Positions 26,399 to 35,931 of a stretch of DNA of 46,993 bases are shown here, piece by piece. Origin of the DNA: a virus (taxonomy: Duplodnaviria; Caudoviricetes). The number at the start of each line of letters is the position of its first letter. The stretch's first letter is position 1. The translations under genes and the position numbers were made by a program. The notes below the pieces were generated by a model. That model was not told the DNA's origin and did no database searches. It saw only the letters and a program-made list of their open reading frames with translations. The stretch is from the IMG/VR virus record IMGVR_UViG_3300037483_000784, positions 1 through 46,993 of that record; one strand, written 5' to 3'.

Positions 26399-26570
26399 GG
26401 GCAGGGCGGGTTTAATGCTACAAGCAGTGCTACAGCTAGAAGCCCCGTAGGACGCGGTCTGTAGCGTGTCTGTTGTAGTTGTAGCAGCTGTAGCAGCAGA
26501 TTATATCAGTGGCGTGTTGACAAACTTGAGTCCCTTATTAAGTGCTACAGCTACAACGCCCACCGGCATT
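26399..26570. repeat. Iteron-rich non-coding element, copy B (inverted relative to copy A)
   Basis: 26465-26496 is the reverse complement of 5760-5791 (31/32); 26416-26438 of 5818-5840 (22/23); 26399-26409 of 5891-5901. Core 26437-26464 matches 5793-5820 directly (26/28). Confidence 0.85.
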
Positions 26571-26597
26571 GTGCCGATTCACTCGGTGTGGTACCAT
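26569..26597 (+). promoter_or_regulatory. Possible promoter for the packaging/structural operon
   Basis: TTGTGC-17 nt-TACCAT with extended TG, ~40 nt upstream of terS. Confidence 0.4.
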
Positions 26598-26637
26598 CGC
26601 GTCCAACAATATATCCCCTACCGGGAAGCAATAGCCG

Positions 26638-27222
26638 ATGCCTGTGTTGAAAAACCAACAATACGAAAGAGCTTGTCAGGAGTACGTGATGAACGGCGTG
26701 CAAACTGATGCTTATCGCGCTGGCTTTCCGGGTTCACGCGACTCCAAGGGTAAGACGCTAATTGAGCGCGCAAGCCGATTTTTTAACCGACCTTACATAA
26801 AGGCAAGGCTGGATGAATTGCGAACACAAGCAGCAAAAGTGGCGGAAGAGCGTTTTAATATAACGGCCGGGTATGTGTTGAACCGACTGGCGGAAATCGA
26901 TCAGATGGATTTCGCGGACATTTTTGATAAAACGGGTAAAGAGCTTTTGCCGGTGAACCAGTGGCCGATGGTGTGGCGCAAATATATTTCCGGTTTTGAG
27001 GTGTCAGAGCTGTTCGAGGGCAAAGGTGATGACAAGGCCATGATCGGAATGCTGAAAAAGATCAAATGGCCCGACAAAGTGAAAAATCTGGAACTGTTGG
27101 GCAATCATGTCAGTGTGGGGGCGTTTCGTAAGCAGTTGGGAGTGAGCAACCCGACTGGTGGCCCTGTCGAGCATTCTGATGTCACCTGGCGCGAGAAGTT
27201 GCGACAAGAGGGGAACAGTTGA
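26638..27222 (+). CDS. terS: Terminase small subunit
   Basis: QEYVMNGVQTDAYRAGF, ITAGYVLNRLAEI and KIKWPDKVKNLELLG. Confidence 0.9.
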   Translation: MPVLKNQQYERACQEYVMNGVQTDAYRAGFPGSRDSKGKTLIERASRFFNRPYIKARLDELRTQAAKVAEERFNITAGYVLNRLAEIDQMDFADIFDKTGKELLPVNQWPMVWRKYISGFEVSELFEGKGDDKAMIGMLKKIKWPDKVKNLELLGNHVSVGAFRKQLGVSNPTGGPVEHSDVTWREKLRQEGNS

Positions 27223-28643
27223 ACGCACAAGCCAAATATGCTGTGCCGTTGACAAACCCGGAGTTAGTTTCGTTCTGGGAAGAACTGTTGCTTGGTGAAA
27301 ACGACATTGGCGTTTTATGGGGCGGCAGATCGAGTTCAAAAACGAGGGACACTGCGTGCCAAGTGGTTCGTCTCGTTGACCATATACCTGTTCGTATGCG
27401 CGTTCTTTGTGTACGCCGATTCCAGAATCGAATCCAGGATTCTGTTTATACAGAATTGAAGTGGGCCATTGAACACCTGGACCTGTCCGATGAATTTGAC
27501 ATTCAAAAAACAACGATCATTCATCACAGGACAGGGACTGAATTCCTCTTCTACGGAATTGAGCGCAACATACAGGAAATTAAGGGCACGTCCGACGTCG
27601 ATATTTTGTGGTGCGAGGAAGCGGAGAAGCTAACCAAAGACCAGTGGATTGTGATCGAGCCGACAATCCGCAAGGAGGACTCTTTGACCATACTGCTTTT
27701 CAATCCGCGTTTTATCACAGACTTTGTCTGGCAGAATTTCGTTGTCAATAAACCGGCGCGTTGCGTCGTGAAGAAGATTAACTACACACAGAACCAATTC
27801 CTGTCACGAAAGGCGCTGCGCGACATTTTACAGATGAAGGAGCGCGACCCGGAGACATACGAGCACGTTTACCTGGGCGTGCCGTTGGGCGACAGTGAAT
27901 TGTCGATCTTCAAGCGCCGGTGGCTGGAAGCTTGTATCGATGCGCATAAAGCTCTTGGTGTCAAGTTGACCGGTCGTAACGTCGTGGGCTTCGACCCTGC
28001 AGACGATGGCGAAGACAAATGTGCTGATGCACATAAAGTTGACGGCGTGTTCAAGAGTGTTGAAGATTGGGAGTCCAACAAAGACGAGTTGGTGCAAAAT
28101 GCCAAGCGTATATGGGCCAAGGCAAAAGCCTTGGGCGCAGTCGTTTCTTATGACACTATCGGTGTTGGCGCTTTTGTTGGCGGTTATATCAAGGAGCAGA
28201 ACGCGCAACACAAAACAGACGTCAAGCACTACGCTTTCCACGCAGGTGGTGAAGTGATGTTCAAGGATAAACCCAGTGACCCCGACAACAAGAACAGCCC
28301 AACCAATGGACAAACGTACCTCAACCTGAAATCGCAGTCCTGGGCCAATACAGCGCGCAAGGCAATGCTTACGTTTAATGCTGTTGTTCGCGGCCAGTCA
28401 ATAAAGCCCGCAGATGTGTTGTCATTTTCGTCTGAGATCGGAGAAGCGAAGTTGTCCGCACTGTTCACTGAGTTGTGTGTTCCTTGGTGGGCGGAAAGCG
28501 AAGGTAAAAAGCGCGTCGTACCCAAAGCCAAGTTGAAAAAAGACCTCGGCGTCAAGTCGCACAACCTTGCTGATGCACTGATTGCTGCGGATAACATTGA
28601 TATGAGCGGGTCTGTGTACAACCTGAAAGGGATGGCCGGGTAA
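27219..28643 (+). CDS. terL: Terminase large subunit, PBSX-type
   Basis: WGGRSSSKT, CVRRFQNRIQDSV, WCEEAE, PTIRK..S, FNP, and nuclease motifs GFDPAD and SHNLADA. Confidence 0.93.
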   Translation: MNAQAKYAVPLTNPELVSFWEELLLGENDIGVLWGGRSSSKTRDTACQVVRLVDHIPVRMRVLCVRRFQNRIQDSVYTELKWAIEHLDLSDEFDIQKTTIIHHRTGTEFLFYGIERNIQEIKGTSDVDILWCEEAEKLTKDQWIVIEPTIRKEDSLTILLFNPRFITDFVWQNFVVNKPARCVVKKINYTQNQFLSRKALRDILQMKERDPETYEHVYLGVPLGDSELSIFKRRWLEACIDAHKALGVKLTGRNVVGFDPADDGEDKCADAHKVDGVFKSVEDWESNKDELVQNAKRIWAKAKALGAVVSYDTIGVGAFVGGYIKEQNAQHKTDVKHYAFHAGGEVMFKDKPSDPDNKNSPTNGQTYLNLKSQSWANTARKAMLTFNAVVRGQSIKPADVLSFSSEIGEAKLSALFTELCVPWWAESEGKKRVVPKAKLKKDLGVKSHNLADALIAADNIDMSGSVYNLKGMAG

Positions 28644-30415
28644 TGGGCAAGATTACCGCGATACGCGACACGCTGAAAAACTTCATTGCGTCGCTGAACA
28701 CAGACCGCGATAAGCAGAGTGGCGCATTTTACGCGCCTTTGTTTCTGACTGATGATCAGTTGTCCAATGCGTTTCGTACATCGTGGATGGCGCGCAAGGT
28801 CGTATCCATTCCTGCACAGGACGCAACGCGCAAGTGGCGCGAATGGAATGCAGACAAGCCGCAGATTGAATTGATTGAGAACGCAGAAAAAGACCTCGGT
28901 TTACAGGCGAAGGTGCTTGAGGCGATAGAGTCGGCGCGGTTGTATGGTGGTGCGGGAATCTATTTCAGCATCACGAACCAAGACCCGTCACTGCCATTGG
29001 ACCCGCGCACGGTGAAGAAGGGGCAGCTTGAATTCATCACCGTGTTACCGCGCAGGCTTCTGACTGCCGGCGAAATTGAAACCGATCCTTTGCTGCTTGG
29101 CTACGGCAAGCCGAAATATTACACGGTGTCTGGTGGTAACGTCCAGCGCATCCATCCTTCTCGGCTTGCCATTTTTTTCGGTGCTATGCTGCCTGATCCA
29201 GAGCTGAATCAAATTCAGCACCAGGGTTGGGGAGACAGTTCATTGATTGCGCCTTACGATGCGGTGCGCAATGCCGATTCTATCGCGGCTAATATCGCGT
29301 CACTGGTGTATGAAGCGAAAGTTGATATCCTGAAAATTCCTGGCCTGGGCGACATAATGGCTGATCCAGTCACAAGGACACAGTTGCAGGAGCGTGTAAT
29401 GCTGGCGGCATTGCTGAAATCCAACAACGGCATGCTGGTGATTGACTCGGAAGAAGAGCATGACAGCAAGACGTTCACGTTCGCAGGGCTTACAGACATT
29501 TGCATGCAAGCGCTACAGGCTGTAGCCGGTGCTGCCGACATTCCTGTTACGCGGTTCCTGGGTCAGACGCCTTCCGGACTTTCCAGTACTGGGGAGTCTG
29601 ACCTGAAAAACTATTACGACTCTGTGAATTCGATCCAGACTCTGCACATAACTCCAGCACTGAAGCTGCTGGATGAGGCACTGATTTATTCGGCGCTCGG
29701 CACCAGGCCACTGGATATCTATTACCAGTGGTCAAGTCTGTGGCAGATGTCGGATGAACAAAAGGCCACCATCAGCAAAAGCATTGCCGAAACAATTAAA
29801 ATCCTGTCAGAAACGCGTTTGTTTCCTGACGACGACCTGAGTGAAGCTGCTGTCAATATGTTGATTGAGCACTCAATCATGCCTACACTGAAAATCACTG
29901 GCGAACTCGAAGAGCAGGAATCGGAAGAGCGTGTTGCTGCAGACGAATCGGTTCCGAGAACGCTTTATGTTTCGCGTAGGGTGTTGAATGCTTCGGATAT
30001 AACGGCTTGGGCGAAGAAGCAGGGTATAAGGCAAACCCTGAAACCGGAAACCATGCACGTTACAATAGCGTTCAGCCGCAAGCCTGTGGATTGGACGGAA
30101 ATTGGGTCTGACTGGTCCGGCGATGAACGCGGCAGGTTGAAGATCAAGCCCGGTGGACCAAGGATTGTTGAGCAACTCGGTGAAGCAGCCAAGGTCTTGA
30201 AATTTTCGAGTGATGAACTGGAGTGGCGGCATAAACGTATTATTGATGCTGGTGCCAGCTGGGATTTTCCCGGGTATACACCGCACATCACAATTACGTA
30301 TGGTGGTGTACCAAAAGACATTGAACCTTATGTTGGTCCCATTATTCTTGGTCCGGAAATTTTCGAGGAGCTGGATGAGGATTGGCAGGAAACTGTTGAG
30401 GAAGTCGGCCTATGA
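28643..30415 (+). CDS. Portal protein (DUF1073-type) fused to a C-terminal 2H phosphoesterase (Acb1-like) domain
   Basis: Portal motifs P..DATRKW, ARLYGG, IHPSR and AGAADIPVTRFLGQTPSGLSSTGESDLKNYYD; the C-terminal ~155 aa carry two HxT motifs (MHVTIAFS, PHITITY). Confidence 0.88.
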   Translation: MGKITAIRDTLKNFIASLNTDRDKQSGAFYAPLFLTDDQLSNAFRTSWMARKVVSIPAQDATRKWREWNADKPQIELIENAEKDLGLQAKVLEAIESARLYGGAGIYFSITNQDPSLPLDPRTVKKGQLEFITVLPRRLLTAGEIETDPLLLGYGKPKYYTVSGGNVQRIHPSRLAIFFGAMLPDPELNQIQHQGWGDSSLIAPYDAVRNADSIAANIASLVYEAKVDILKIPGLGDIMADPVTRTQLQERVMLAALLKSNNGMLVIDSEEEHDSKTFTFAGLTDICMQALQAVAGAADIPVTRFLGQTPSGLSSTGESDLKNYYDSVNSIQTLHITPALKLLDEALIYSALGTRPLDIYYQWSSLWQMSDEQKATISKSIAETIKILSETRLFPDDDLSEAAVNMLIEHSIMPTLKITGELEEQESEERVAADESVPRTLYVSRRVLNASDITAWAKKQGIRQTLKPETMHVTIAFSRKPVDWTEIGSDWSGDERGRLKIKPGGPRIVEQLGEAAKVLKFSSDELEWRHKRIIDAGASWDFPGYTPHITITYGGVPKDIEPYVGPIILGPEIFEELDEDWQETVEEVGL

Positions 30416-31515
30416 ATTTGTACGATAACACAGTTACAATTGATTCCCCTCGATTGACCAAAGACGGCTACCTGACCGCTGAAGCGCGTGTTGCCCGTAC
30501 AGGCGTACAGCTGTACCGTGCCGATGAAATCGGTTTGGACGGTGACCCCAACAGAATTGTAAGAGTTTACAGGCCACCTGATGAAGTGTTTTCTGTCGAT
30601 GCAATGAAGTCATATGCGTATCGCCCTGTGACTGTAAATCATCCTGATCAAATGGTTGATGCTGAAAATTGGAAGGAGCATTCACGCGGTCAGACCGGCG
30701 GCGAGGTATTACGTGATAAAGAATTTGTTCGCGTCCCGATGTTGTTGATGGACGCTTCCGCTATTCGTGAGTGGAAAGAAGGTAAACGCGAATTGTCAAT
30801 GGGTTACACCATGGACTTGGACACAACAGCTGGAACTACTCCTGAAGGCGAGCAGTATGACGCTGTACAACGCAATCTTCGAATGAATCATCTTGCTCTC
30901 GTCACCCGAGCAAGGGGCGGTTCTCAACTCAAGCTGGGTGACGAAACCACTACAAAGGAGGGCAATGAGATGCCTGATGTAAAACTCACTACCGTTACAG
31001 TTGACGGGTTTTCTGTTGAGACCACTGATGCCGGTGCTCAGGCCATTGCGAAGTTGAGCAAAGACCTGGCGGATGAACGTGCAGCAAAGGTCACAGCCGA
31101 AACCTCTCACGCTGAAGCACTGAAAGCCAAGGACAAAGAGCTGGCAACGAAAGATGCCAAGATCGATGAACTCGGCAAAAAGGTCATGTCTGATGATGCC
31201 ATGGACAAGGCCGTTAAAGATCGCGCTGATCTGATCACTACAGCCAAGGGCATTGCTGACGTGGATTATTCTGGCAAGACTGCTGACGACATTCGTAAAA
31301 TGGCTGTCGTTGCCAAGCTCGGTGCTGATTCAGTCAAGGACAAGTCAGCTGATTACATCACTGCCAGGTTCGACATTCTGGCCGAGGATGCCAACGCCGA
31401 CCCGGTGCGCCAAGCGTTGAGAGCCGCGCCCGGCAAAAAACAAACCGGTGACGCTTACGACGAATATGTCGAACGCATCTCCAACGCGTGGAAACCCCAG
31501 AAGGAGGCACACTAA
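30412..31515 (+). CDS. Prohead protease/scaffold (DUF2213)
   Basis: DGYL....VARTGVQ.Y, VYRPPDEVF, ELSMGY and NHLALV..ARGG, plus a coiled-coil scaffold tail. Confidence 0.9.
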   Translation: MNLYDNTVTIDSPRLTKDGYLTAEARVARTGVQLYRADEIGLDGDPNRIVRVYRPPDEVFSVDAMKSYAYRPVTVNHPDQMVDAENWKEHSRGQTGGEVLRDKEFVRVPMLLMDASAIREWKEGKRELSMGYTMDLDTTAGTTPEGEQYDAVQRNLRMNHLALVTRARGGSQLKLGDETTTKEGNEMPDVKLTTVTVDGFSVETTDAGAQAIAKLSKDLADERAAKVTAETSHAEALKAKDKELATKDAKIDELGKKVMSDDAMDKAVKDRADLITTAKGIADVDYSGKTADDIRKMAVVAKLGADSVKDKSADYITARFDILAEDANADPVRQALRAAPGKKQTGDAYDEYVERISNAWKPQKEAH

Positions 31516-31973
31516 TGCCAACTGTACAAAGCACATACGATGACAACATTCGCGCTGCCGTAGCGGGCATGCGCGCAAACGAAGAGCCTTGCACGTTGAT
31601 CTCGCGCAATGTTGAAACTGAAGCAGGTATTGGTTTTGGTGTTGGCATTATGCAGGGAACTGAAGACAAGCAATGCTTGATTTCTGATGGTTCAACGCTG
31701 CTCGGCATTACGGTGCGCGAACGCTCTGTTGATCCCGCGACGCCAAACCTCTTCGCAGAAAATGAATCTGCGCGCATCATGACCAGTGGCGTAATCTGGG
31801 TGCTGAATACTGGCGGTGTCGCTGCTGGTGATCCGGTTCATGTTCTGGCTGCAGGGGCGTTTTCCAACACCGGTGGTACTCTGATCGAAAATGCTCGATG
31901 GGATACAACCGCTGCAACTGCAACACTGGCACAGCTCCGACTGGGTTCACCTGTCGTTGGCTCAGCGTCTTAA
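31515..31973 (+). CDS. Head decoration/cement protein
   Basis: AAGGAGG RBS and TAATG overlap; IGFGVG and G.IWV....V.AGD.V; lies between scaffold and capsid genes. Confidence 0.75.
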   Translation: MPTVQSTYDDNIRAAVAGMRANEEPCTLISRNVETEAGIGFGVGIMQGTEDKQCLISDGSTLLGITVRERSVDPATPNLFAENESARIMTSGVIWVLNTGGVAAGDPVHVLAAGAFSNTGGTLIENARWDTTAATATLAQLRLGSPVVGSAS

Positions 31974-31985
31974 GGAGGACTGAAA

Positions 31986-32927
31986 ATGCCTAGAGAAATT
32001 TTTGATGCACAGGCCGCGATGGGCTTTGTGGTTTCACAAACCACACACATCGAACAGGGTGTTTACCAGATTGCTTACCCGGATATCCAATATCCCGGGT
32101 TAATTCCAGTAGACACTTCCGCCCATCCATTTGCGAAATCTGTCACGTACTATTCCAGTGACAAGTTCGGCAAGGCGGACTGGATCAACGGTAATGCGGA
32201 TGATATACCGCTGGCGGGCACCGAACTCTCGAAATTTGAGACGCCGGTTTATACTGCTGGTATCGGGTATTCATACGGTTGGGAAGAGATTAACCAAGCG
32301 ATGATGCTTGGCCGCAATCTGACCGCCGATGATGCTGCTGCCGCAAGGCGCGCCTACGAGGAAATGGTGGACCGCGTTGCGTTGTATGGCGATGATGAAA
32401 AGGGTTTTGCTGGTGGTCTTTTCAACTACCCTACCGTGACCGCCAATGCGGTGACCAATGGTGACTGGGCGGGAAGCGGTACAACGCCCGACATGATCAT
32501 TCAGGACGTGAATGATTGCATCTCACACGTGCAGGTGGATACCAACGACGTGCGCATGGCAGATACACTGATCCTGCCATTCACAAAATGGAACTTGATC
32601 GCCTCGACCCGCGTCACTGACACGAACATGACCATCCTTGAGTTTGTGCGCCGGAACAACGTGTACACAGCCACCACCGGTCAGCCGTTGATGATCCGTT
32701 CCGCACGCGGCCTGGATGCTGCTGGTATTGGTACTTCACCCCCGGAAGCGCGCATGATTGCATATCGCCGGGCACCTGAAGTGCTGAAGTTACACATTCC
32801 GATGCCACACCGTTTCCTGCCTGTGTATCAGGACGGCCCACTGCGTTGGGTGGTGCCTGGTGTGTTCAGGCTCGGTGGCTTAGATATTCGTCTGCCGAAG
32901 GAAGTGTCATACTGCGACGGCATTTAA
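31986..32927 (+). CDS. Major capsid protein (DUF2184-type)
   Basis: AAGGAGG RBS; YPDIQY..LIPV, GY.YGWEEI, VALYGD, GLFNYP and RLGGLDIRLP. Confidence 0.9.
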   Translation: MPREIFDAQAAMGFVVSQTTHIEQGVYQIAYPDIQYPGLIPVDTSAHPFAKSVTYYSSDKFGKADWINGNADDIPLAGTELSKFETPVYTAGIGYSYGWEEINQAMMLGRNLTADDAAAARRAYEEMVDRVALYGDDEKGFAGGLFNYPTVTANAVTNGDWAGSGTTPDMIIQDVNDCISHVQVDTNDVRMADTLILPFTKWNLIASTRVTDTNMTILEFVRRNNVYTATTGQPLMIRSARGLDAAGIGTSPPEARMIAYRRAPEVLKLHIPMPHRFLPVYQDGPLRWVVPGVFRLGGLDIRLPKEVSYCDGI

Positions 32928-32942
32928 CACAGGAGCGATGAA

Positions 32943-33326
32943 ATGAAATTAATCAACAAAGCGAAGCGGGCATTGGGAGTTCCCGGTGCCCGTGGCTCCA
33001 TCATCCTTGGTGTTGGCGAGTCAAAAGATATCGGTGAAGACGATGCGAAAGCGATTCGCAAACACCGGATTTCTTCAGGCTGGCTGCATCAGGGATTGAT
33101 TGAGCTTACCGGTTTGGCCGTTAAGAAAAAGCCCGTTCCCTTGGATGATGACGTCGATGACGCTGATGACGCTGATGACGCTGATGACGCTGATGAAAGC
33201 AAGGGCGCTGCTGAACTTCGTCATGCTGGCGGCGGTTGGTACCAAGTATACGTTGCGGGCATCGAAGTGTCACAAGGTAAGCTGCGCAAAGCAGACGCTG
33301 AAACATTGGCTGCGGAGTACGAGTAG
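32943..33326 (+). CDS. Small capsid-associated protein with acidic (DDA)n linker
   Basis: AGGAG RBS; (GATGACGCT)4 at ~33157-33192; HAGGGWY motif. Confidence 0.65.
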   Translation: MKLINKAKRALGVPGARGSIILGVGESKDIGEDDAKAIRKHRISSGWLHQGLIELTGLAVKKKPVPLDDDVDDADDADDADDADESKGAAELRHAGGGWYQVYVAGIEVSQGKLRKADAETLAAEYE

Positions 33327-33329
33327 GTG

Positions 33330-33518
33330 ATGGCCGTCCGTGAAGTAGAGTTTATTAAGAAGTACCTTGGGTTACAGTGTACTCCCGATTCAGAAATACG
33401 CCGGGTGTGTAATGGCACATTTCTTCACGCGAAAGTGCGCCTTCACTTTGCTCTTGATGACTTGAAAGCTGAAATATTTTCTTCATTACCAGAGTGGGTA
33501 CGTCGATTATGCCGTTAA
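33330..33518 (+). CDS. Small hypothetical protein inserted in the head operon
   Basis: Fills the gap between flanking genes; short. Confidence 0.4.
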   Translation: MAVREVEFIKKYLGLQCTPDSEIRRVCNGTFLHAKVRLHFALDDLKAEIFSSLPEWVRRLCR

Positions 33519-34060
33519 TTGTTGAAAACGGGACTTGTGTTGCTGGGGCTAATGCGTTCGTAAGCCGGGCGGAATTCATCGCCTTCGCTGCACTGTATTA
33601 CACCGCAACAACGGTGCCGGATACTACTGAGACGGATGGGGCCATTGCTCGGGCCAGTCTTTGGCTTTCCACGTTCCCGATTTGGAACGGTGTGCGTACA
33701 TGCGACTGTGGTTCGCTGCTGGCATGGCCGCGTACTGGCACAACTGACTGTTCAGGGTGCTCTATTGATAGTGATGTTGTTCCCGAAGCAATCAAGCAGG
33801 CCACTTACATCGCGGCCATGTTTGAGTTGGCAACGCCGGGAGCATTAACGCCATCGATCACGCCGGGACAGCAAGCCAAGCGCGAAAAAGTGGACGTGAT
33901 CGAGGTGGAGTACATGACGGCGTCTGATCAGGGTGTCAATACCGGCCGTTACGATCCTGTCACTGCACTGCGGCCGGTATTGACACAAGTACAAGACCTG
34001 TTGAAATGTTTGGCTGTGTTCAAAGGCGGTCCCGCAACGCCGTGGCCTTGGGTGGCTTGA
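33509..34060 (+). CDS. Head-tail adaptor (DnaT-like annotated family)
   Basis: MPLIVENGT...ANAFVS, LAWPR, VPEAIKQA and KREKVDVIEVEY. Confidence 0.8.
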   Translation: MPLIVENGTCVAGANAFVSRAEFIAFAALYYTATTVPDTTETDGAIARASLWLSTFPIWNGVRTCDCGSLLAWPRTGTTDCSGCSIDSDVVPEAIKQATYIAAMFELATPGALTPSITPGQQAKREKVDVIEVEYMTASDQGVNTGRYDPVTALRPVLTQVQDLLKCLAVFKGGPATPWPWVA

Positions 34061-34061
34061 C

Positions 34062-34424
34062 ATGGCAACATTTGACTACGAAGGGCTCAAAACACAAACA
34101 GCAGAGCCACTGCTTGAACGGTTTGGTAAAAGTGCGACGTTGATCAAGCCGGGCACACCGAGCGGACCACCTTACAACCCTGTACCTGGTGTGCCGACTG
34201 AACACCCTGTTACTGTTGTGCAGACAGAGTACAAACTGAGAGATATAGACGGGACACTGATTCAACAAGGTGACAAGAAGTTGTTGGTGAGCACAAAGAA
34301 TGCCCCCGTCCCAGCCATGAATGACACCATCCGATCTGGTAGCGTTGTGTATCAGATCATCAATATATTGCCCCTTGATCCCGGTCCTGTTGTGATGTTG
34401 TGGAGGCTGCAGGTAAGAAAATGA
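34062..34424 (+). CDS. Head closure protein
   Basis: LLERFG, IDGTLIQQGDKK and C-terminal LQVRK. Confidence 0.8.
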   Translation: MATFDYEGLKTQTAEPLLERFGKSATLIKPGTPSGPPYNPVPGVPTEHPVTVVQTEYKLRDIDGTLIQQGDKKLLVSTKNAPVPAMNDTIRSGSVVYQIINILPLDPGPVVMLWRLQVRK

Positions 34425-34523
34425 CGAAGACGAAGGAAAAGAAACCTCCATGCAAAAAGTGTGCTGCTGCGCGAGAGCGGATGAAACGATTTTTCAGAAT
34501 TGCTAAAAGTAAAGGTGCGAAGA

Positions 34524-34739
34524 ATGAAGCCAATCAAAATTGAAGGCGTTGAAGAAGTCAACCTTGTCATCCGTAATGTGAACGGCATTGACACAATTTT
34601 CACCAGTGATGGAAAGCTGCTCGCGAACCAAGGTGCCGCCGGGCACTTTTATTACATTGGCGACAACCCAAGGTACAAGACGTTCCGCACGGCATTTTTG
34701 GTTGATGGCAAAAAGGTTGATACCGGGAGCGCGATGTGA
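34524..34739 (+). CDS. Small hypothetical protein
   Basis: Coupled to the downstream gene by a GTGA overlap. Confidence 0.45.
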   Translation: MKPIKIEGVEEVNLVIRNVNGIDTIFTSDGKLLANQGAAGHFYYIGDNPRYKTFRTAFLVDGKKVDTGSAM

Positions 34740-34930
34740 GCAATATAAAGTCACTTCCGAGTGTCCAAGATAAAATGCTCGGTGAGTTTGAAAAGCTGAA
34801 GCGCAATTTGGCCATTGTTGAACAGTCCGCTGCACTGTTGGCAGCAACACGCAAGCGAATATTTGATGCGCACATGGCGGCCGGATTCACCGAAGAGCAG
34901 GCATTGACAATAGTTAAAGGCATGTTCTGA
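34736..34930 (+). CDS. Small hypothetical protein
   Basis: FDAHMAAGFTEEQAL motif typical of small phage proteins; overlaps both neighbours. Confidence 0.6.
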   Translation: MSNIKSLPSVQDKMLGEFEKLKRNLAIVEQSAALLAATRKRIFDAHMAAGFTEEQALTIVKGMF

Positions 34931-35931
34931 TGGCGGCGAGCAGATCAGAAATCCTTCGGCTCATGGATAAACTTGAAGGGCCAACACTGAAGGCGTTTCG
35001 TGCAGCGGTAGCGCAGATACGATCACGCGCTCAGGTTGGCCGCCTGACAGCTGCCATTGAAGCCGGGAACATTGAACAAGCGTTTATTGCAGCTGGCATG
35101 CGCGAAGGGTCGTGGTCTGCCGTTACCGAAGCTGTGAGAGCTTCGTATGTCGAATCTGGTATTTTTTCGATGGCCGCAGATGTTCCAAGGCGGTTCGGTG
35201 TGACGTTCAACATCACTAATCCGCGTGCAGAAGACTGGCTACGCAGACATTCATCCGCTTTTGTAACAGAGATCAATTCACAGCAACGTCAATCTATAAT
35301 GGAAATCATGCAGGCAGGATTGGCCGATGGCCGCAATCCGCGCGGCACGGCGCTTGACATTGTAGGAAGAGTTTCAACACAAACCGGCAGGCGCGCTGGT
35401 GGAGTAATCGGGTTGAACGCGCCACAGGCCAATGCTGTTGTGAACGCAAGAAGGCAGTTAGAAAATTTGGACGGGGCTTATTTTCAGCGTGTACGCCGCG
35501 ACAAACGCTTTGATGCAATGATTCATCGCGCAATCGAATCTGGAACGCCTTTGGGCGAAGCCAATATCAACCGCATCATTGGTCGTTATGATGACCGGTT
35601 GCTGGAGTTACGCGGCACAACCGTAGCGCGTACTGAAACATTGACAGCGTTGAATGAAGCGAGCGATGAAGCCCTGCGCCAAGCGGTTGATACTGGCCTT
35701 GCGCCAATGGACGCTGTTATTAGAATCTGGCGGCACAGCTTTTCTGCCAATGAGCGCGCTGGGCATCTTGCCATGAGTGGGCAGGAGCGCGGCTTGAATG
35801 AGCCTTTCCAGAACCCAGAAACTGGAGCGATGTTGATGCATCCTGGTGATGGCCCGGCTGACGAAACAATAAATTGCCGATGTTTTATTGAACATAAAAT
35901 TGATTTCGTCGCTGCGGAGCAGGCCGCATGA
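34930..35931 (+). CDS. Head morphogenesis/minor capsid protein (Mu F / SPP1 gp7-like)
   Basis: TVARTET, W......R.GH..M.GQ......PF and MHPGD....ETINCRC. Confidence 0.85.
   Translation: MAASRSEILRLMDKLEGPTLKAFRAAVAQIRSRAQVGRLTAAIEAGNIEQAFIAAGMREGSWSAVTEAVRASYVESGIFSMAADVPRRFGVTFNITNPRAEDWLRRHSSAFVTEINSQQRQSIMEIMQAGLADGRNPRGTALDIVGRVSTQTGRRAGGVIGLNAPQANAVVNARRQLENLDGAYFQRVRRDKRFDAMIHRAIESGTPLGEANINRIIGRYDDRLLELRGTTVARTETLTALNEASDEALRQAVDTGLAPMDAVIRIWRHSFSANERAGHLAMSGQERGLNEPFQNPETGAMLMHPGDGPADETINCRCFIEHKIDFVAAEQAA

Noticed and set aside
26517-26545. TTGACA at 26517 as a sigma70 promoter
   Set aside because: No acceptable -10 hexamer at 16-18 nt spacing; it lies within the repeat element.
26466-26708. 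ORFs across the iteron elements (also 5650..5889 on the minus strand)
   Set aside because: Low-complexity translations of the repeat element with no RBS.
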